DNA from: a virus
Lineage: Duplodnaviria; Caudoviricetes
Virus record (IMG/VR): IMGVR_UViG_3300011338_000327
Span: 1 to 49,560 of that record
Strand: one strand, 5' to 3'
Length of the DNA stretch: 49,560 nucleotides
Part shown: positions 17,203 to 27,068 of the stretch, piece by piece
Layout: each line of letters begins with the position of its first letter
How positions within the stretch are numbered: position 1 is the first letter of the stretch
Notes under the pieces: generated by a model
The model's database searches: none
What the model saw: the letters and a program-made list of their open reading frames with translations, nothing else
Told to the model about the DNA's origin: nothing
Made by a program: the position numbers and the translations under genes

Positions 17203-17490
17203 CTAAGTCAAAAGTTTTTTTCTAGCTTCCTTACAAAGATCACTACCGGGTTCAAATTTGCGGCATGAATTTGGTCTGTTATTGTATACTTTACAACACA
17301 CAGATTCACCAACTTTCCCATCAAGTGCAATACACCTATTATTCTCTGTTTTCATCAATGGATAGTCAATTCTTACCATGTCATTTGGTATATTATCCGC
17401 ATCTGACCTATCTCGTCTTAAAACAGGCCATGACCATTTAAATGCGCAACAAGCACCACATGATTTGCAATCAAATTCTACTTGTTCCAT
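17203..17490 (-). CDS. YkgJ/CxxCxxCC family Fe-S or Zn cluster protein
   Basis: FDCKSCGACC...RCIAL...CKVYNNRPNSCRKFEPGS..C. Confidence 0.85.
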   Translation of the reverse strand: MEQVEFDCKSCGACCAFKWSWPVLRRDRSDADNIPNDMVRIDYPLMKTENNRCIALDGKVGESVCCKVYNNRPNSCRKFEPGSDLCKEARKKLLT

Positions 17491-18314
17491 GTTACAGGTC
17501 TAAAGCCCAAGTCTTCATTTACTAAATCCTCGTATGGAGCAAGGTGTGAAATGTTGGATATTTTAGCCTTTAATTTTGGACAATCAACGTATTTTCCTTC
17601 GTGTCGATTTACGCAGTTAAAACAAACAGGGTAAAAATCAGCATTAAGTGATTTATCCTTGTTATTACCCCAAGTATCCCAACTTTTCACATAACGAGTT
17701 GGATCTGGAGTTACTCCTTCTTCTTCCAAGTATTGAAATATGTCTTTATCAGTCCAATCTCGCATTGGATAAAGTGACATCGGCGAATCGTCAGCATATC
17801 GAATATCAACAGCAAGTGGTACATGGCCTTTAATTAAATCTGTGTCGCTGTATTTTGTTCCGATATACACTGCTCCCCAAGGCCAATTAAAAGACCCTGT
17901 AGGACGTTGTAGGAGGTCTGTGACAGCGCATAGACAATCCTCGCCTTCCTTTGGTTTCTCTGTTCCCAGTGAAAGGCAAACAGCAGTTTCCTTTCCCCAC
18001 TGATAGTATTTAATGAAATCAAAGCGTAATTCACCAGTTTCAACGTCAGGGCCATCAGCGATTGCAACTTTGCTAGGAGGATAATCGTATACTTCCAATT
18101 TCCAATCTTTAATTAGCTTGTCAGAATACGCATATCGTTCACGCATTTTCGGTTCACGATATTGAATGACTGGAAGATCAATTCCAGCTTTGAACTTGAT
18201 AAGATGAAGCAATGCTGTGGAATCTTTACCTCCGCTCCACAAAACAACTGCTCTAGGCCATCTTTTATTCCATTCTATTACTTTATCTATTGTTTTATTT
18301 ATTAATTTTTCCAT
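17478..18314 (-). CDS. PAPS-reductase-family PP-loop protein
   Basis: WSGGKDS PP-loop, YPMRDWTDKDIFQYL, C-terminal CFNC...CPK. Confidence 0.8.
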   Translation of the reverse strand: MEKLINKTIDKVIEWNKRWPRAVVLWSGGKDSTALLHLIKFKAGIDLPVIQYREPKMRERYAYSDKLIKDWKLEVYDYPPSKVAIADGPDVETGELRFDFIKYYQWGKETAVCLSLGTEKPKEGEDCLCAVTDLLQRPTGSFNWPWGAVYIGTKYSDTDLIKGHVPLAVDIRYADDSPMSLYPMRDWTDKDIFQYLEEEGVTPDPTRYVKSWDTWGNNKDKSLNADFYPVCFNCVNRHEGKYVDCPKLKAKISNISHLAPYEDLVNEDLGFRPVTWNK

Positions 18315-19148
18315 TTATATAATAATTGCCACACCGATCAATGCTCCAGCAGCCGCACCCCCAGCACCAATCATTTGTCCAGTTTGTGCATTTTTACTAG
18401 CTGCTCCTTGAGCTGCCAATCCTTGTTTTGTCTGGAATTTCTGCATTGAAATCTGAGCGTTTCTATTAGCATTGTCAAGCATTGCTTGTTCGTAATTTTG
18501 CTGGTTCTGTTGGTCTACTTGACTTATTTTTTGTAGTTGACCAAGATTGCTATTTATCCAATCAGATGTGGATTGATTCAACCCTTGTGAACTCTGCATT
18601 ACACCACTCTGCCATTGTTGCATTGAAGCTAGATTCTGAGCTTTTGCAGCTTGTTCCGCAGCAATAATAGAAGCTGGATCAAGTCCACCAATGGGTGCTG
18701 GAGTTTGAGACAAATAACCTTGCTGAATAGCTAAGTTTTGCAGTTTTGCTTGCCTTCCTTCTTGCGTTGCTTGGTCGTAAATTGCAGAACGTCCAACCAA
18801 ACCATCAGTTCCACTTTGAATGCCAGCTTTTACTGACCATTGATCCATCCATTTTTTAGTAGCATCAAGGTTTGTCGCTTCTGCAACTCTTGATCCCAAC
18901 TCACCACGCATTTGAGCTGTTTCTGGATTAAAAAGACGCTCAAATTCTTTTGATCTTTGGATATTATCCATTCCAAACTCAGCAGCTTCTTGCGATGTTT
19001 TTGCTGCATCGAAAGATTGCATTATTGGAGCTTGTGAGGAATATGCTTTAAGAAGATTTGCTTGATTTTGTAATGCTCCAGCTTGCCCTTTGGCTTGAAG
19101 CATTAATCCTTGTAAACTTGCTCTTGGGTTTGGTCGTGAAAAATCCAT
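18315..19148 (-). CDS. Gln/Ala-rich putative ejection/pilot protein, paralog of 19155-20174
   Basis: APIGGLDPAS...AQNLASMQQWQ shared with its neighbour; C-terminal hydrophobic Gly/Ala helix. Confidence 0.65.
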   Translation of the reverse strand: MDFSRPNPRASLQGLMLQAKGQAGALQNQANLLKAYSSQAPIMQSFDAAKTSQEAAEFGMDNIQRSKEFERLFNPETAQMRGELGSRVAEATNLDATKKWMDQWSVKAGIQSGTDGLVGRSAIYDQATQEGRQAKLQNLAIQQGYLSQTPAPIGGLDPASIIAAEQAAKAQNLASMQQWQSGVMQSSQGLNQSTSDWINSNLGQLQKISQVDQQNQQNYEQAMLDNANRNAQISMQKFQTKQGLAAQGAASKNAQTGQMIGAGGAAAGALIGVAIII

Positions 19149-19154
19149 AAGTTA

Positions 19155-20174
19155 TTACCTTGAAGAAATTGATCCACTCAATGGAGCGTAATACGATCCT
19201 CCAGCTTTAGGAACATATGTTTGTCCACCATACCCAGTTATTCCACCACCACCACCGCCACCATATCTTGCACCTATTCCTCCAGCCGCTCCACCAATTG
19301 CACTTCCAGCAGCACCAACCCAAGCTCCTGTCATTGCATTTTTAGCAGCTTCATTTTGTGCTTGAATAGACTGAGCTATGCCTAATTGATTTGCTTTCAT
19401 AGCTTCATTTGCGGCAGTTTGATTAAGCATCGCTTGCATATAATTTTGTCTATTTTGTGCAGATGATTGTTGCAAGTTTTGGAAATTAGCTCCCAATTGC
19501 GACATTTGATCCGCTATAGATTGATTATATCCTTCAATATTTCCATACATGGCATTTTGCCAATTTTGCATAGATGCTAAATTTTGTCCTTGAGCTGCTT
19601 GTTGAGCAGCAATGGATGACGTAGGATCAATTCCACCAACAGGAGCTTGCATTTGTTGCAGTAATTGTTGTTGCAATGCTATATTCTGTTGTTCTTGATT
19701 CTGCCTTGCTTGTAATGCAGCGTCATAAGTTGCTGCTTGTGCTATTGTTGAATCTTGAAGCCCAGTTTCCATTCCTTGAATTAGGCCTTGCCTTTTAGCC
19801 CATTCATTAATGAATTGATTTGTTGTTTCTAGAGAAGTTAATTCAGCTAGATCTCTTGTTTGAGCCTCACGCATTGCTGCCGCTTCTGGAGATGTTTGCT
19901 TTTCTAATTCTCTTGAACGCTGGGCATTAACCATCCCAAGTTCCCCAAGTCTCTTAGATTCCATTAAAGGATCATAAGTCTGTTGAATAGGAGGCATTTG
20001 AGATGCAGCTTGAATCAATTCAGCTTGTCTAGCTTGCTGCGCAAATTGCGCTTGCATCATAGCAGTTAAAATAGCTGTATCTCTAGCCTCATTAGGCTTA
20101 GAAATATACTTATTAGCATCTACAATAGTGTCTGCTGGAGGTTTTTTTACTGGAGCTGATTTTGATCCACCCAT
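19155..20174 (-). CDS. Gln/Ala-rich putative ejection/pilot protein (MGGSKS...)
   Basis: 339 aa, coiled-coil-like, Gly-zipper C-terminus. Confidence 0.65.
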   Translation of the reverse strand: MGGSKSAPVKKPPADTIVDANKYISKPNEARDTAILTAMMQAQFAQQARQAELIQAASQMPPIQQTYDPLMESKRLGELGMVNAQRSRELEKQTSPEAAAMREAQTRDLAELTSLETTNQFINEWAKRQGLIQGMETGLQDSTIAQAATYDAALQARQNQEQQNIALQQQLLQQMQAPVGGIDPTSSIAAQQAAQGQNLASMQNWQNAMYGNIEGYNQSIADQMSQLGANFQNLQQSSAQNRQNYMQAMLNQTAANEAMKANQLGIAQSIQAQNEAAKNAMTGAWVGAAGSAIGGAAGGIGARYGGGGGGGITGYGGQTYVPKAGGSYYAPLSGSISSR

Positions 20175-20180
20175 AATTAA

Positions 20181-20567
20181 TTAAAAATTAGTCATAGAGT
20201 AGACTTCTCTATCCATTTTAGTCAAACCTAATTTCAACATAACATCATTAGTAAAGCTAGGCCGATCATTGATTAGCGGAACTCCAATATAACCCGGTGA
20301 TCCAGATAATTGTGTGTGCGCTCTCCAATCGCTCATTACTTGGATAACATCCTGTGGGCGCGTGTATTTTGGGTGAAAGGCTGGATAAACAGTTGGGAGA
20401 TACACATGGTCAGAGTATCCAAATAGTTTTCCGTTAGAATAATGAGCATATACATTAACATTTGGATGTTCTATAATTGTATGGTTAAATTCTTCTGCAA
20501 AATCAACTAATTCTAAGAATTCGTTGGTTCCAGCCCTAACAAGTTTGTAGTCTATCTTGGGTTTCAT
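20181..20567 (-). CDS. Putative GNAT-fold acyltransferase-like virion assembly protein
   Basis: 128 aa; NGKLFGY strand and terminal MLKLGL motif resemble GNAT; same position (after nozzle, before ejection genes) as T7 gp13/P22 gp14. Confidence 0.45.
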   Translation of the reverse strand: MKPKIDYKLVRAGTNEFLELVDFAEEFNHTIIEHPNVNVYAHYSNGKLFGYSDHVYLPTVYPAFHPKYTRPQDVIQVMSDWRAHTQLSGSPGYIGVPLINDRPSFTNDVMLKLGLTKMDREVYSMTNF

Positions 20568-20572
20568 ATTTA

Positions 20573-20827
20573 TTAATTTGTGCCTACTATTACTTCATTT
20601 CCTCCTAGACCACTAGGAAGATAACCGCTAAATCTTTCTGCTTGCTGCTGTATTACTTTATTTCTATTTTCAAAATTACCACACACAACACACGGAAGAC
20701 AAGAACTATCTTTAACTACAATCGGAACAGAAGAATAAAGTGGAACAACTGGGTCATCACTAAATGGAGATACAAATCGGCTTGGAAACTCTGTTACTTT
20801 TATGGATGCGTCAATGATAGATGGCAT
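20573..20827 (-). CDS. Small Cys-cluster protein (SSCLPCVVCG)
   Basis: 84-aa ORF coupled to the tail gene. Confidence 0.65.
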   Translation of the reverse strand: MPSIIDASIKVTEFPSRFVSPFSDDPVVPLYSSVPIVVKDSSCLPCVVCGNFENRNKVIQQQAERFSGYLPSGLGGNEVIVGTN

Positions 20828-20828
20828 A

Positions 20829-22940
20829 TTAACAAGGATTCTGTATGCGATATTGGTTTGCTGCCGCTGCTGCCGCTTGTTCAGCTAAGATTCCAGCTTG
20901 CTCTTCGGCGTGAGTGAAAGAAACACTTGACAAGAATGAAGCTGATGCAGTAGCAGAAATTGATGGTCTTACTGAAGGCAATGAACATGGCAATGTGACC
21001 GTTCTAAACACTTTTGCATACCATGATTTTTGATCAGTGCTAGGAGCCTCGTATGGATTTGGTAAAAGCTCCAAAGTCAATGTTGATCCGTCTTGAGCAA
21101 GCACACACGATTGTTTTTCATCTGATTGCGGGACGCCAGTTGACCTTTCGCTCCATGGGTCTTGGAACATACGAATTGTCTCAAGACCAAACTCACCGCA
21201 CCATTCAACAAGCATTGAAAACCCTTTATCAATGTCGGTTGTGAGCTTTGATTCACACGTTAATGATGCCGTATTTCGTGTTGTTGATTCAGTAATCAAA
21301 CGACGATATTGCGTGTTAAGAAACCCTAATTTTTCAATCTCTGGAGCAAATGGCGTGTTCTCCCATTGATAATTTTCAGTTACAGCAAGAAGCCTTGTGT
21401 TGAGGATTGATTGATATTGGCCTTTAGACCCCCTGTAGGACGCTTTAACGTCAACTGTGCCGCCAATCTCACAACATTCAAGCTCTCCATATACAAACTG
21501 CTTGTAATCCATTCCATCACCCAAAAGTGCAGTTTCAACTTGTGCATAAATTCGATTGAATAGGTCAGTTGTTGTACCATCTGCATTAATGCTCAAATAT
21601 GAATCAACTCGATTTGGCATGAATGATTCCCAAAGAGAAATATATGAACCATCGTTTGTTGCAGAATAATCAACGCTAAAGTGAAAGCATCTTGGTTGAC
21701 CTCCAATAATTCCTGTAGTCCATTCTACGGGCCTTGTTCCAGTCCATACACCACACCATGCAGGTGTCCGTTGTTGGTTTATTTCTGATGCAATAGCCCA
21801 ATCCATAACCATTGTTGCTGAATTTAATGGCTCAAGGTATGGAATGCTGTATAAAAGATAATTTTCAAAAGATGTAGCACAAATGCCGGTTTGATCTCCA
21901 GCCATATATGCTTTTGCTCTAACCATTTCAACGTCCTTATAAAGAACCTGAGAAGATAAATATGCGTTTCCTGCAACGTCAGCAGAAACAAGTCCACCTT
22001 GAGAAAACCACCACATTTGACCTGCTTGAAACGAAATGGATTTACCAGCAATGCAACCTACATTTGGAAACAATATAGTTTGAAAGTTTACAGTAGTTCC
22101 CCACTGTGTTCTATCATAAATTCCACTTGCAAGTGCATATGTTGAACGATCCGTAAAAACATAAAGTTTTTGGTCGTTATTTTGTCCAACGTAATTAGCA
22201 AGTGCTGTTACAGGTCGAGTAAATGAAAAGTCTCCGCGACCAGTTCCTGATTCACGCTCTTTCCATGAAGTTGGATCTCCAAGATCAGATGCTAAAACAA
22301 TGTTTCCATTTGCAACCCATAAACGATTTCCAGAATATGCCATCCAAGTTCCAGTTGGAATAGATGACGATTGAATTCCTGTTTTATTGCTACCATCCCA
22401 ATAAACAGGTGCTGAAATTCCATCCTGAATGAATAAAACACGATGCGATGGAGTAATTGAAACATCACCACCAGTCGAAATGTTTGCTGATTGTGTTGCA
22501 AGCGTAAAAACGCATTGTTTTACGTTTGGATCAAGTGATACATTAGAAAGCTGGAATGGAACCCATGATTCAGGTTGAACAAGTGGAAATGGAGTCCAGT
22601 AAACTTTTCCATTCACAGCAAATACCATGTATGGAATTTCTACTTGCTCAACACCCTCTCCATTAACGTCAAAAATCTGCGGTGGATTAGTTCCATCGGC
22701 TGCTTTATATTGTTTGTTTGCTAGAAAAAGAATTCCACCTTGGAAATTTCCAGCAGGAAGTGACAATTTCATGGATTGTCCCGGCCTTGTTTGAACGATT
22801 CCACCTCGGAATTGAGTATTAACTGACCATTTAACTTGGTCGTCAGGCAATGCCCAAGGATTTCGCATGGAATTAACTCCACGCAACCACCCAGCGGAAG
22901 TTTTTTCTTGTCTTCCTGATGTAATTTGTGATGATTTCAT
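20829..22940 (-). CDS. Tail nozzle/stabilisation protein (P22 gp10/T7 gp12-like)
   Basis: 703 aa, beta-rich, NTQFRGGIVQTRPG N-terminus, YSGNRLWVA..ASDLGDP; position in the tail module. Confidence 0.65.
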   Translation of the reverse strand: MKSSQITSGRQEKTSAGWLRGVNSMRNPWALPDDQVKWSVNTQFRGGIVQTRPGQSMKLSLPAGNFQGGILFLANKQYKAADGTNPPQIFDVNGEGVEQVEIPYMVFAVNGKVYWTPFPLVQPESWVPFQLSNVSLDPNVKQCVFTLATQSANISTGGDVSITPSHRVLFIQDGISAPVYWDGSNKTGIQSSSIPTGTWMAYSGNRLWVANGNIVLASDLGDPTSWKERESGTGRGDFSFTRPVTALANYVGQNNDQKLYVFTDRSTYALASGIYDRTQWGTTVNFQTILFPNVGCIAGKSISFQAGQMWWFSQGGLVSADVAGNAYLSSQVLYKDVEMVRAKAYMAGDQTGICATSFENYLLYSIPYLEPLNSATMVMDWAIASEINQQRTPAWCGVWTGTRPVEWTTGIIGGQPRCFHFSVDYSATNDGSYISLWESFMPNRVDSYLSINADGTTTDLFNRIYAQVETALLGDGMDYKQFVYGELECCEIGGTVDVKASYRGSKGQYQSILNTRLLAVTENYQWENTPFAPEIEKLGFLNTQYRRLITESTTRNTASLTCESKLTTDIDKGFSMLVEWCGEFGLETIRMFQDPWSERSTGVPQSDEKQSCVLAQDGSTLTLELLPNPYEAPSTDQKSWYAKVFRTVTLPCSLPSVRPSISATASASFLSSVSFTHAEEQAGILAEQAAAAAANQYRIQNPC

Positions 22941-23542
22941 GCGTTAAATGCCTTATAATTTTCAAGGCGAGAAATCAAAGCGTTTCGATATTCTGGAATT
23001 AAAGCATTAGCTTTTGCTGCAATTGACATTTTAACTTTTGTTTCAATTGGAATTGTTCTTCCTTTTTTTGCATCAGAAATCTTTTTTTTATGTTCTTCGG
23101 AAAGCGTAATTCCTTTTTTAGCTAAAGAAATCTTTAATCCAATTTCAGGAGACCTTTTTTTTCCCTTTAATGAATTTCCGTTTTTTAAAATTGTTTCTCT
23201 TATTTTGCTTTTTGTTTTTTCAGACATTAATCTTCCAGATTGACCTTCTCCTCCATCTGTTAAATTTGTTAATCTTATTCCAGTTTGTCTAAAATTTTCA
23301 ATAATTAGTTTTTCAGCATTATTGCAATCGTATTCTGAATTAAACCAATTAACTATTTGCATTATTGGTTTTTGATTGCTTTTCAATAAAGATCCAATCC
23401 AATAACAACAATTAGATTTTCGTGTTTTATGTTTTGCTGTATAGATATGCTGAATAATCCTTCTTTTTGGATTATTGCTTTTTCCAACATACCTTATTTC
23501 ATTTGTTAAAGGATGTCTTAAAGTATAAATGCAATGGTGCAT
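22937..23542 (-). mobile_element. Free-standing GIY-YIG homing endonuclease with NUMOD3 repeats
   Basis: CIY...RYVGKS, NLTDGGEG, MSEKTKSKI/LSEEHKKKISDAKKG repeats; AT-rich; inserted between two tail genes. Confidence 0.85.
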
Positions 23543-23543
23543 A

Positions 23544-26500
23544 TTAAAACATTACAGGATCAGAACAATCTCCATACGTTATTCCATTTATTTGTGGTGG
23601 AGTCATTGCATGACCATCAATGGATTCTTGTTGGTTTCTAAGATATTGATAAGCAATTCCCCAGTAACGAACTGCTTGATCTGCAAAATCTTTGTCTTCA
23701 AGATCAACTGCATGAACTGCTGCAATAATTGCACGTTCTTGCTCAAGTGGAATAAAGTCGTAAATAGACGAAACTTTTGGAGCTGTAACTTGATAAACAA
23801 TCCTTGCCCATGAACAAGATTTACCAAGTCGAATCTTGCGATATTGTGGATTTACTTCGGTTGGATGATACTGTCCGATCAAAGTCATATCATTACTGCG
23901 TCCTTGATCCCATGCGTAAAGACTCACATAGCCGTCTGTGAGTGGCTTTTCAATGTGGGCAATAGATTTCACCAATACTTCACAATAAATAGCATCTACA
24001 AAGAATGTGGATGTAATTTTGTTTCCAGATGTAAAATATTCTTTTCTTCCGATTGTTTTATCTGTATTTTCAGCATTTGCAGCAGAATCATAAAGCTCAA
24101 AAGAATTATTATCTAATCTTCGTACATAATAATTTGTGTCTTCACTTAATCCATTTGGCAAAACATCATTGCTTTTTGCTCTAACAACAACCTTATCTGT
24201 TGTTTCATAAAGGGATGATTTTGCAATAATGTTATTCGATGGCTGAACTGTTACGTTGCGAATAATATCCAAACTAAGTTGCCCAATTCCAGCATTTGTC
24301 AATACAACTGGATTTGATTCAAAATAAACACGAATAGAATCACCGATTAGTTTGATTGTATAATCTGTAGAAGCAATAAGTGGTGCTGGAAGTGTTCCTG
24401 ATGTTGAAAATTGAACAATCTCACCTTCAGTAATAAATGCAAGACTTGCTGGTTTAATAAGGTTGGTATCAACAGATGGGGCTGCTTGTGTCCTAATTGC
24501 GTAATATGTTTGACCAGTTCCAAACGAATCAATGTTAATTAATCCAGTTGTAGATGGTGAATTATTTGCATTGGCAAGAGTATCATAAACTTGCCCAAGC
24601 GTATTTGATATATATCTAAGATACCTTGGTGTTACTCCGTTATCAATTGATGGAAATGTTGTTGGAAGGATATAATCTGTTCCAAAGTAAATTTGTTGAC
24701 CAGTTGCAAGGCTTGTAAAGTCACCTAACCAATTATTTGTCCAATCAACACTAAATGAACGTGAAAGAACAACATATAATGTTCCAGTTCCAGAAGATGT
24801 AATATTAACATCACTAAAATCAGTGTTTTTAACAGTAAATGTTTGATTAATTATATTTGGCGATTCAGCAAGATAAGCTGTTCCTGAAATAAGAGGTGCT
24901 GGCAATGATCCAGTTGATGAAAAATTAACAAAAACTCCAGTTGATGGTTCAATTGTAACGCTAGGAGCAATTGTATATCCGCTTCCAGTAGTTATTATAT
25001 TTAATTGAGTTACAGATCCTGATGCAATAGTTGCTGTTGCTGTTGCCCCAGTTCCTATTCCTGTTATTTTTACTTGTGGAGCTTCTGTATATCCGCTTCC
25101 ACCAGAAATTTTAATAAATTCAGATACAAATGAAGTTGTTATTTGTGCTGTTGCTACTGCTTGTGATCCTCCTAATTTTTGCGATGTAATTGAAGCTCCT
25201 GTTGCTGGACTCACAAGAGCGGCAGGAACAGTATAAGTAAATGTGTTTGTTGCTGCTCCAGAAATAATAAATGTTCCATTGTAATCAGGTTCATTAGCAC
25301 CACTTATTATAACTTTATCTCCATTAGAATACCCGTGATTTTGACTTGTTGTAACAGTAGCAATTGTTCCGCCAACAGCTTTTGTTATTGATGTAATTTC
25401 AATTTGTTGTTGCGAAGGAGAATCAATTGTTATTGATGGAGCAGTAATATATCCAAATCCACCATCTATAATTACAATATTTAAAATTTTATTATTAATC
25501 GTATCTCTTACAGCATATCCAGTCGCTGTTTTTGGAATAAATGAACTTCCAGATGGGGCTGGTGGAGGTGCTGAAAACGTAATACCCGGATCAGAATCAT
25601 ATCCACTTCCTTGTGATGTTATTCTAGTAGATGTAACAGATCCAACAACTACAGCTTGAAATACTGCGCCAGAACCAGATGGAGTTGAAATATTTAACCC
25701 TTGCGCGGTAATTTGATTTGTTTCACCAATTGTAGATGTTGCTTGTATTAATTTTACAAGAGAATTAGTTCCAATTCCTGATGTTGTAATCTTAATTGGA
25801 TTTACAAAATTAGTAGCACTTGATGATAGTGCGTCAGCTTGATTTGAATGAAGTGAAACAGCAAAGCCATCAATGACATTGACAAAGTAATTTTGATTTT
25901 GAACTAGCGGTTGAGGCAATGTTCCACCATTTGTAAACGCTTGAACTTGATCTCCGTCATTAAAATAATGTTTTACAGGAAATACAAGTTTTGTTTCAGG
26001 CGTAATTGCTTTGCGAACATCAATATCAATTGCGCTAGTTGATCCAGTTAAATAAACTGGATTTGTGTTATTAGTAGCATCTGTTAAAGATGGAAAAATT
26101 TGGATATGATCTGTGTCAATTGGTTGAGCAAAGTATGTTTTTTGCGCTTCCAATGGGGCTGGAAGAGATTGTGTTGGAAATACAACCTCGTTTGGTGAAT
26201 CAATTGTAAAAGTTGGAGTAGATACAAACTTTAACGATGTTTCAACTTGAGCAGTTCTCTTGTCTTGAAGCTGCATTGATCCAAATCCCTCAATAGACTG
26301 TAATGCAATTGGATATTGCAATGCTTGCGCATTAAGAGAATCACCAAACAATTGAACTGTGTATGCATCAATTACGCCAACGTAATATGTCTGACCGTCA
26401 TTAAGAGGCACTGGAATAGTTCCACTAATAAGCCTAGCTGCCATTCCTTGACCAGATGATAGTCCATGTGGAGTTGATGTAGTAAAATCCGTTATAGGAT

Positions 26501-27059
26501 CAATGGCGACATCTCTTGTTGCAATCGTGTTTCCGTCTGGAGCAATGCTTCCTTGAGCAAAATCTTGTTGAGAATGGATTGGAACAAGTAAACCATCAAC
26601 ACCAATTCCGTTTTGCGTTTGCGAACGAAGATTTCTATTGTTTTGGTTAGTTCCAATGACTCTAATGGTTTTACCTACGTCATTATTGCTTTCAGCTACA
26701 GCAATAAGTTGAGATGGACGAACAATGTCCATTAATGTCGCTACATATCCTCGATCATCCCATGCCCAATCGACGGAATTATACATTCCACCCTTGTTTA
26801 CATGGTATTGGAATAAACGATTTCGGAAATATGTTGGAGAACCATCAATATTTACAGCAAGCGGAATATCAATACCTCTTGGCAATGCCAGAGATTGTCT
26901 ATCCCAACCTGTACAAATATCAATTTCCGCAGTCGTGTGAGTCCAATGCCCAGATTCCATCAAGGTCTGGACAGCTTGCGTGATTTTCCGAAATACCTTC
27001 GTTTCGTCGGTAGTTCCTAGAATTTCAGCGCATTCATCGAAGATTTCGGATACAAACAT
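23544..27059 (-). CDS. Head-tail adaptor/tail tubular A-like protein with a large beta-repeat insertion
   Basis: Helical N- and C-termini flank about seven LPxPL...Y(Y/F) repeats and GSGY..AP repeats. Confidence 0.55.
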   Translation of the reverse strand: MFVSEIFDECAEILGTTDETKVFRKITQAVQTLMESGHWTHTTAEIDICTGWDRQSLALPRGIDIPLAVNIDGSPTYFRNRLFQYHVNKGGMYNSVDWAWDDRGYVATLMDIVRPSQLIAVAESNNDVGKTIRVIGTNQNNRNLRSQTQNGIGVDGLLVPIHSQQDFAQGSIAPDGNTIATRDVAIDPITDFTTSTPHGLSSGQGMAARLISGTIPVPLNDGQTYYVGVIDAYTVQLFGDSLNAQALQYPIALQSIEGFGSMQLQDKRTAQVETSLKFVSTPTFTIDSPNEVVFPTQSLPAPLEAQKTYFAQPIDTDHIQIFPSLTDATNNTNPVYLTGSTSAIDIDVRKAITPETKLVFPVKHYFNDGDQVQAFTNGGTLPQPLVQNQNYFVNVIDGFAVSLHSNQADALSSSATNFVNPIKITTSGIGTNSLVKLIQATSTIGETNQITAQGLNISTPSGSGAVFQAVVVGSVTSTRITSQGSGYDSDPGITFSAPPPAPSGSSFIPKTATGYAVRDTINNKILNIVIIDGGFGYITAPSITIDSPSQQQIEITSITKAVGGTIATVTTSQNHGYSNGDKVIISGANEPDYNGTFIISGAATNTFTYTVPAALVSPATGASITSQKLGGSQAVATAQITTSFVSEFIKISGGSGYTEAPQVKITGIGTGATATATIASGSVTQLNIITTGSGYTIAPSVTIEPSTGVFVNFSSTGSLPAPLISGTAYLAESPNIINQTFTVKNTDFSDVNITSSGTGTLYVVLSRSFSVDWTNNWLGDFTSLATGQQIYFGTDYILPTTFPSIDNGVTPRYLRYISNTLGQVYDTLANANNSPSTTGLINIDSFGTGQTYYAIRTQAAPSVDTNLIKPASLAFITEGEIVQFSTSGTLPAPLIASTDYTIKLIGDSIRVYFESNPVVLTNAGIGQLSLDIIRNVTVQPSNNIIAKSSLYETTDKVVVRAKSNDVLPNGLSEDTNYYVRRLDNNSFELYDSAANAENTDKTIGRKEYFTSGNKITSTFFVDAIYCEVLVKSIAHIEKPLTDGYVSLYAWDQGRSNDMTLIGQYHPTEVNPQYRKIRLGKSCSWARIVYQVTAPKVSSIYDFIPLEQERAIIAAVHAVDLEDKDFADQAVRYWGIAYQYLRNQQESIDGHAMTPPQINGITYGDCSDPVMF

Positions 27060-27068
27060 AGCGCGATG

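Noticed and set aside
17478-18314. Dnd phosphorothioation or sulfate-assimilation auxiliary gene
   Set aside because: No dndA/B/D/E, ssp or cys partners, and CysH catalytic motifs are missing; kept only as a family-level call.
22937-23542. Group I intron housing the GIY-YIG gene
   Set aside because: No non-coding flanks; both neighbouring genes look complete and are directly coupled to it.
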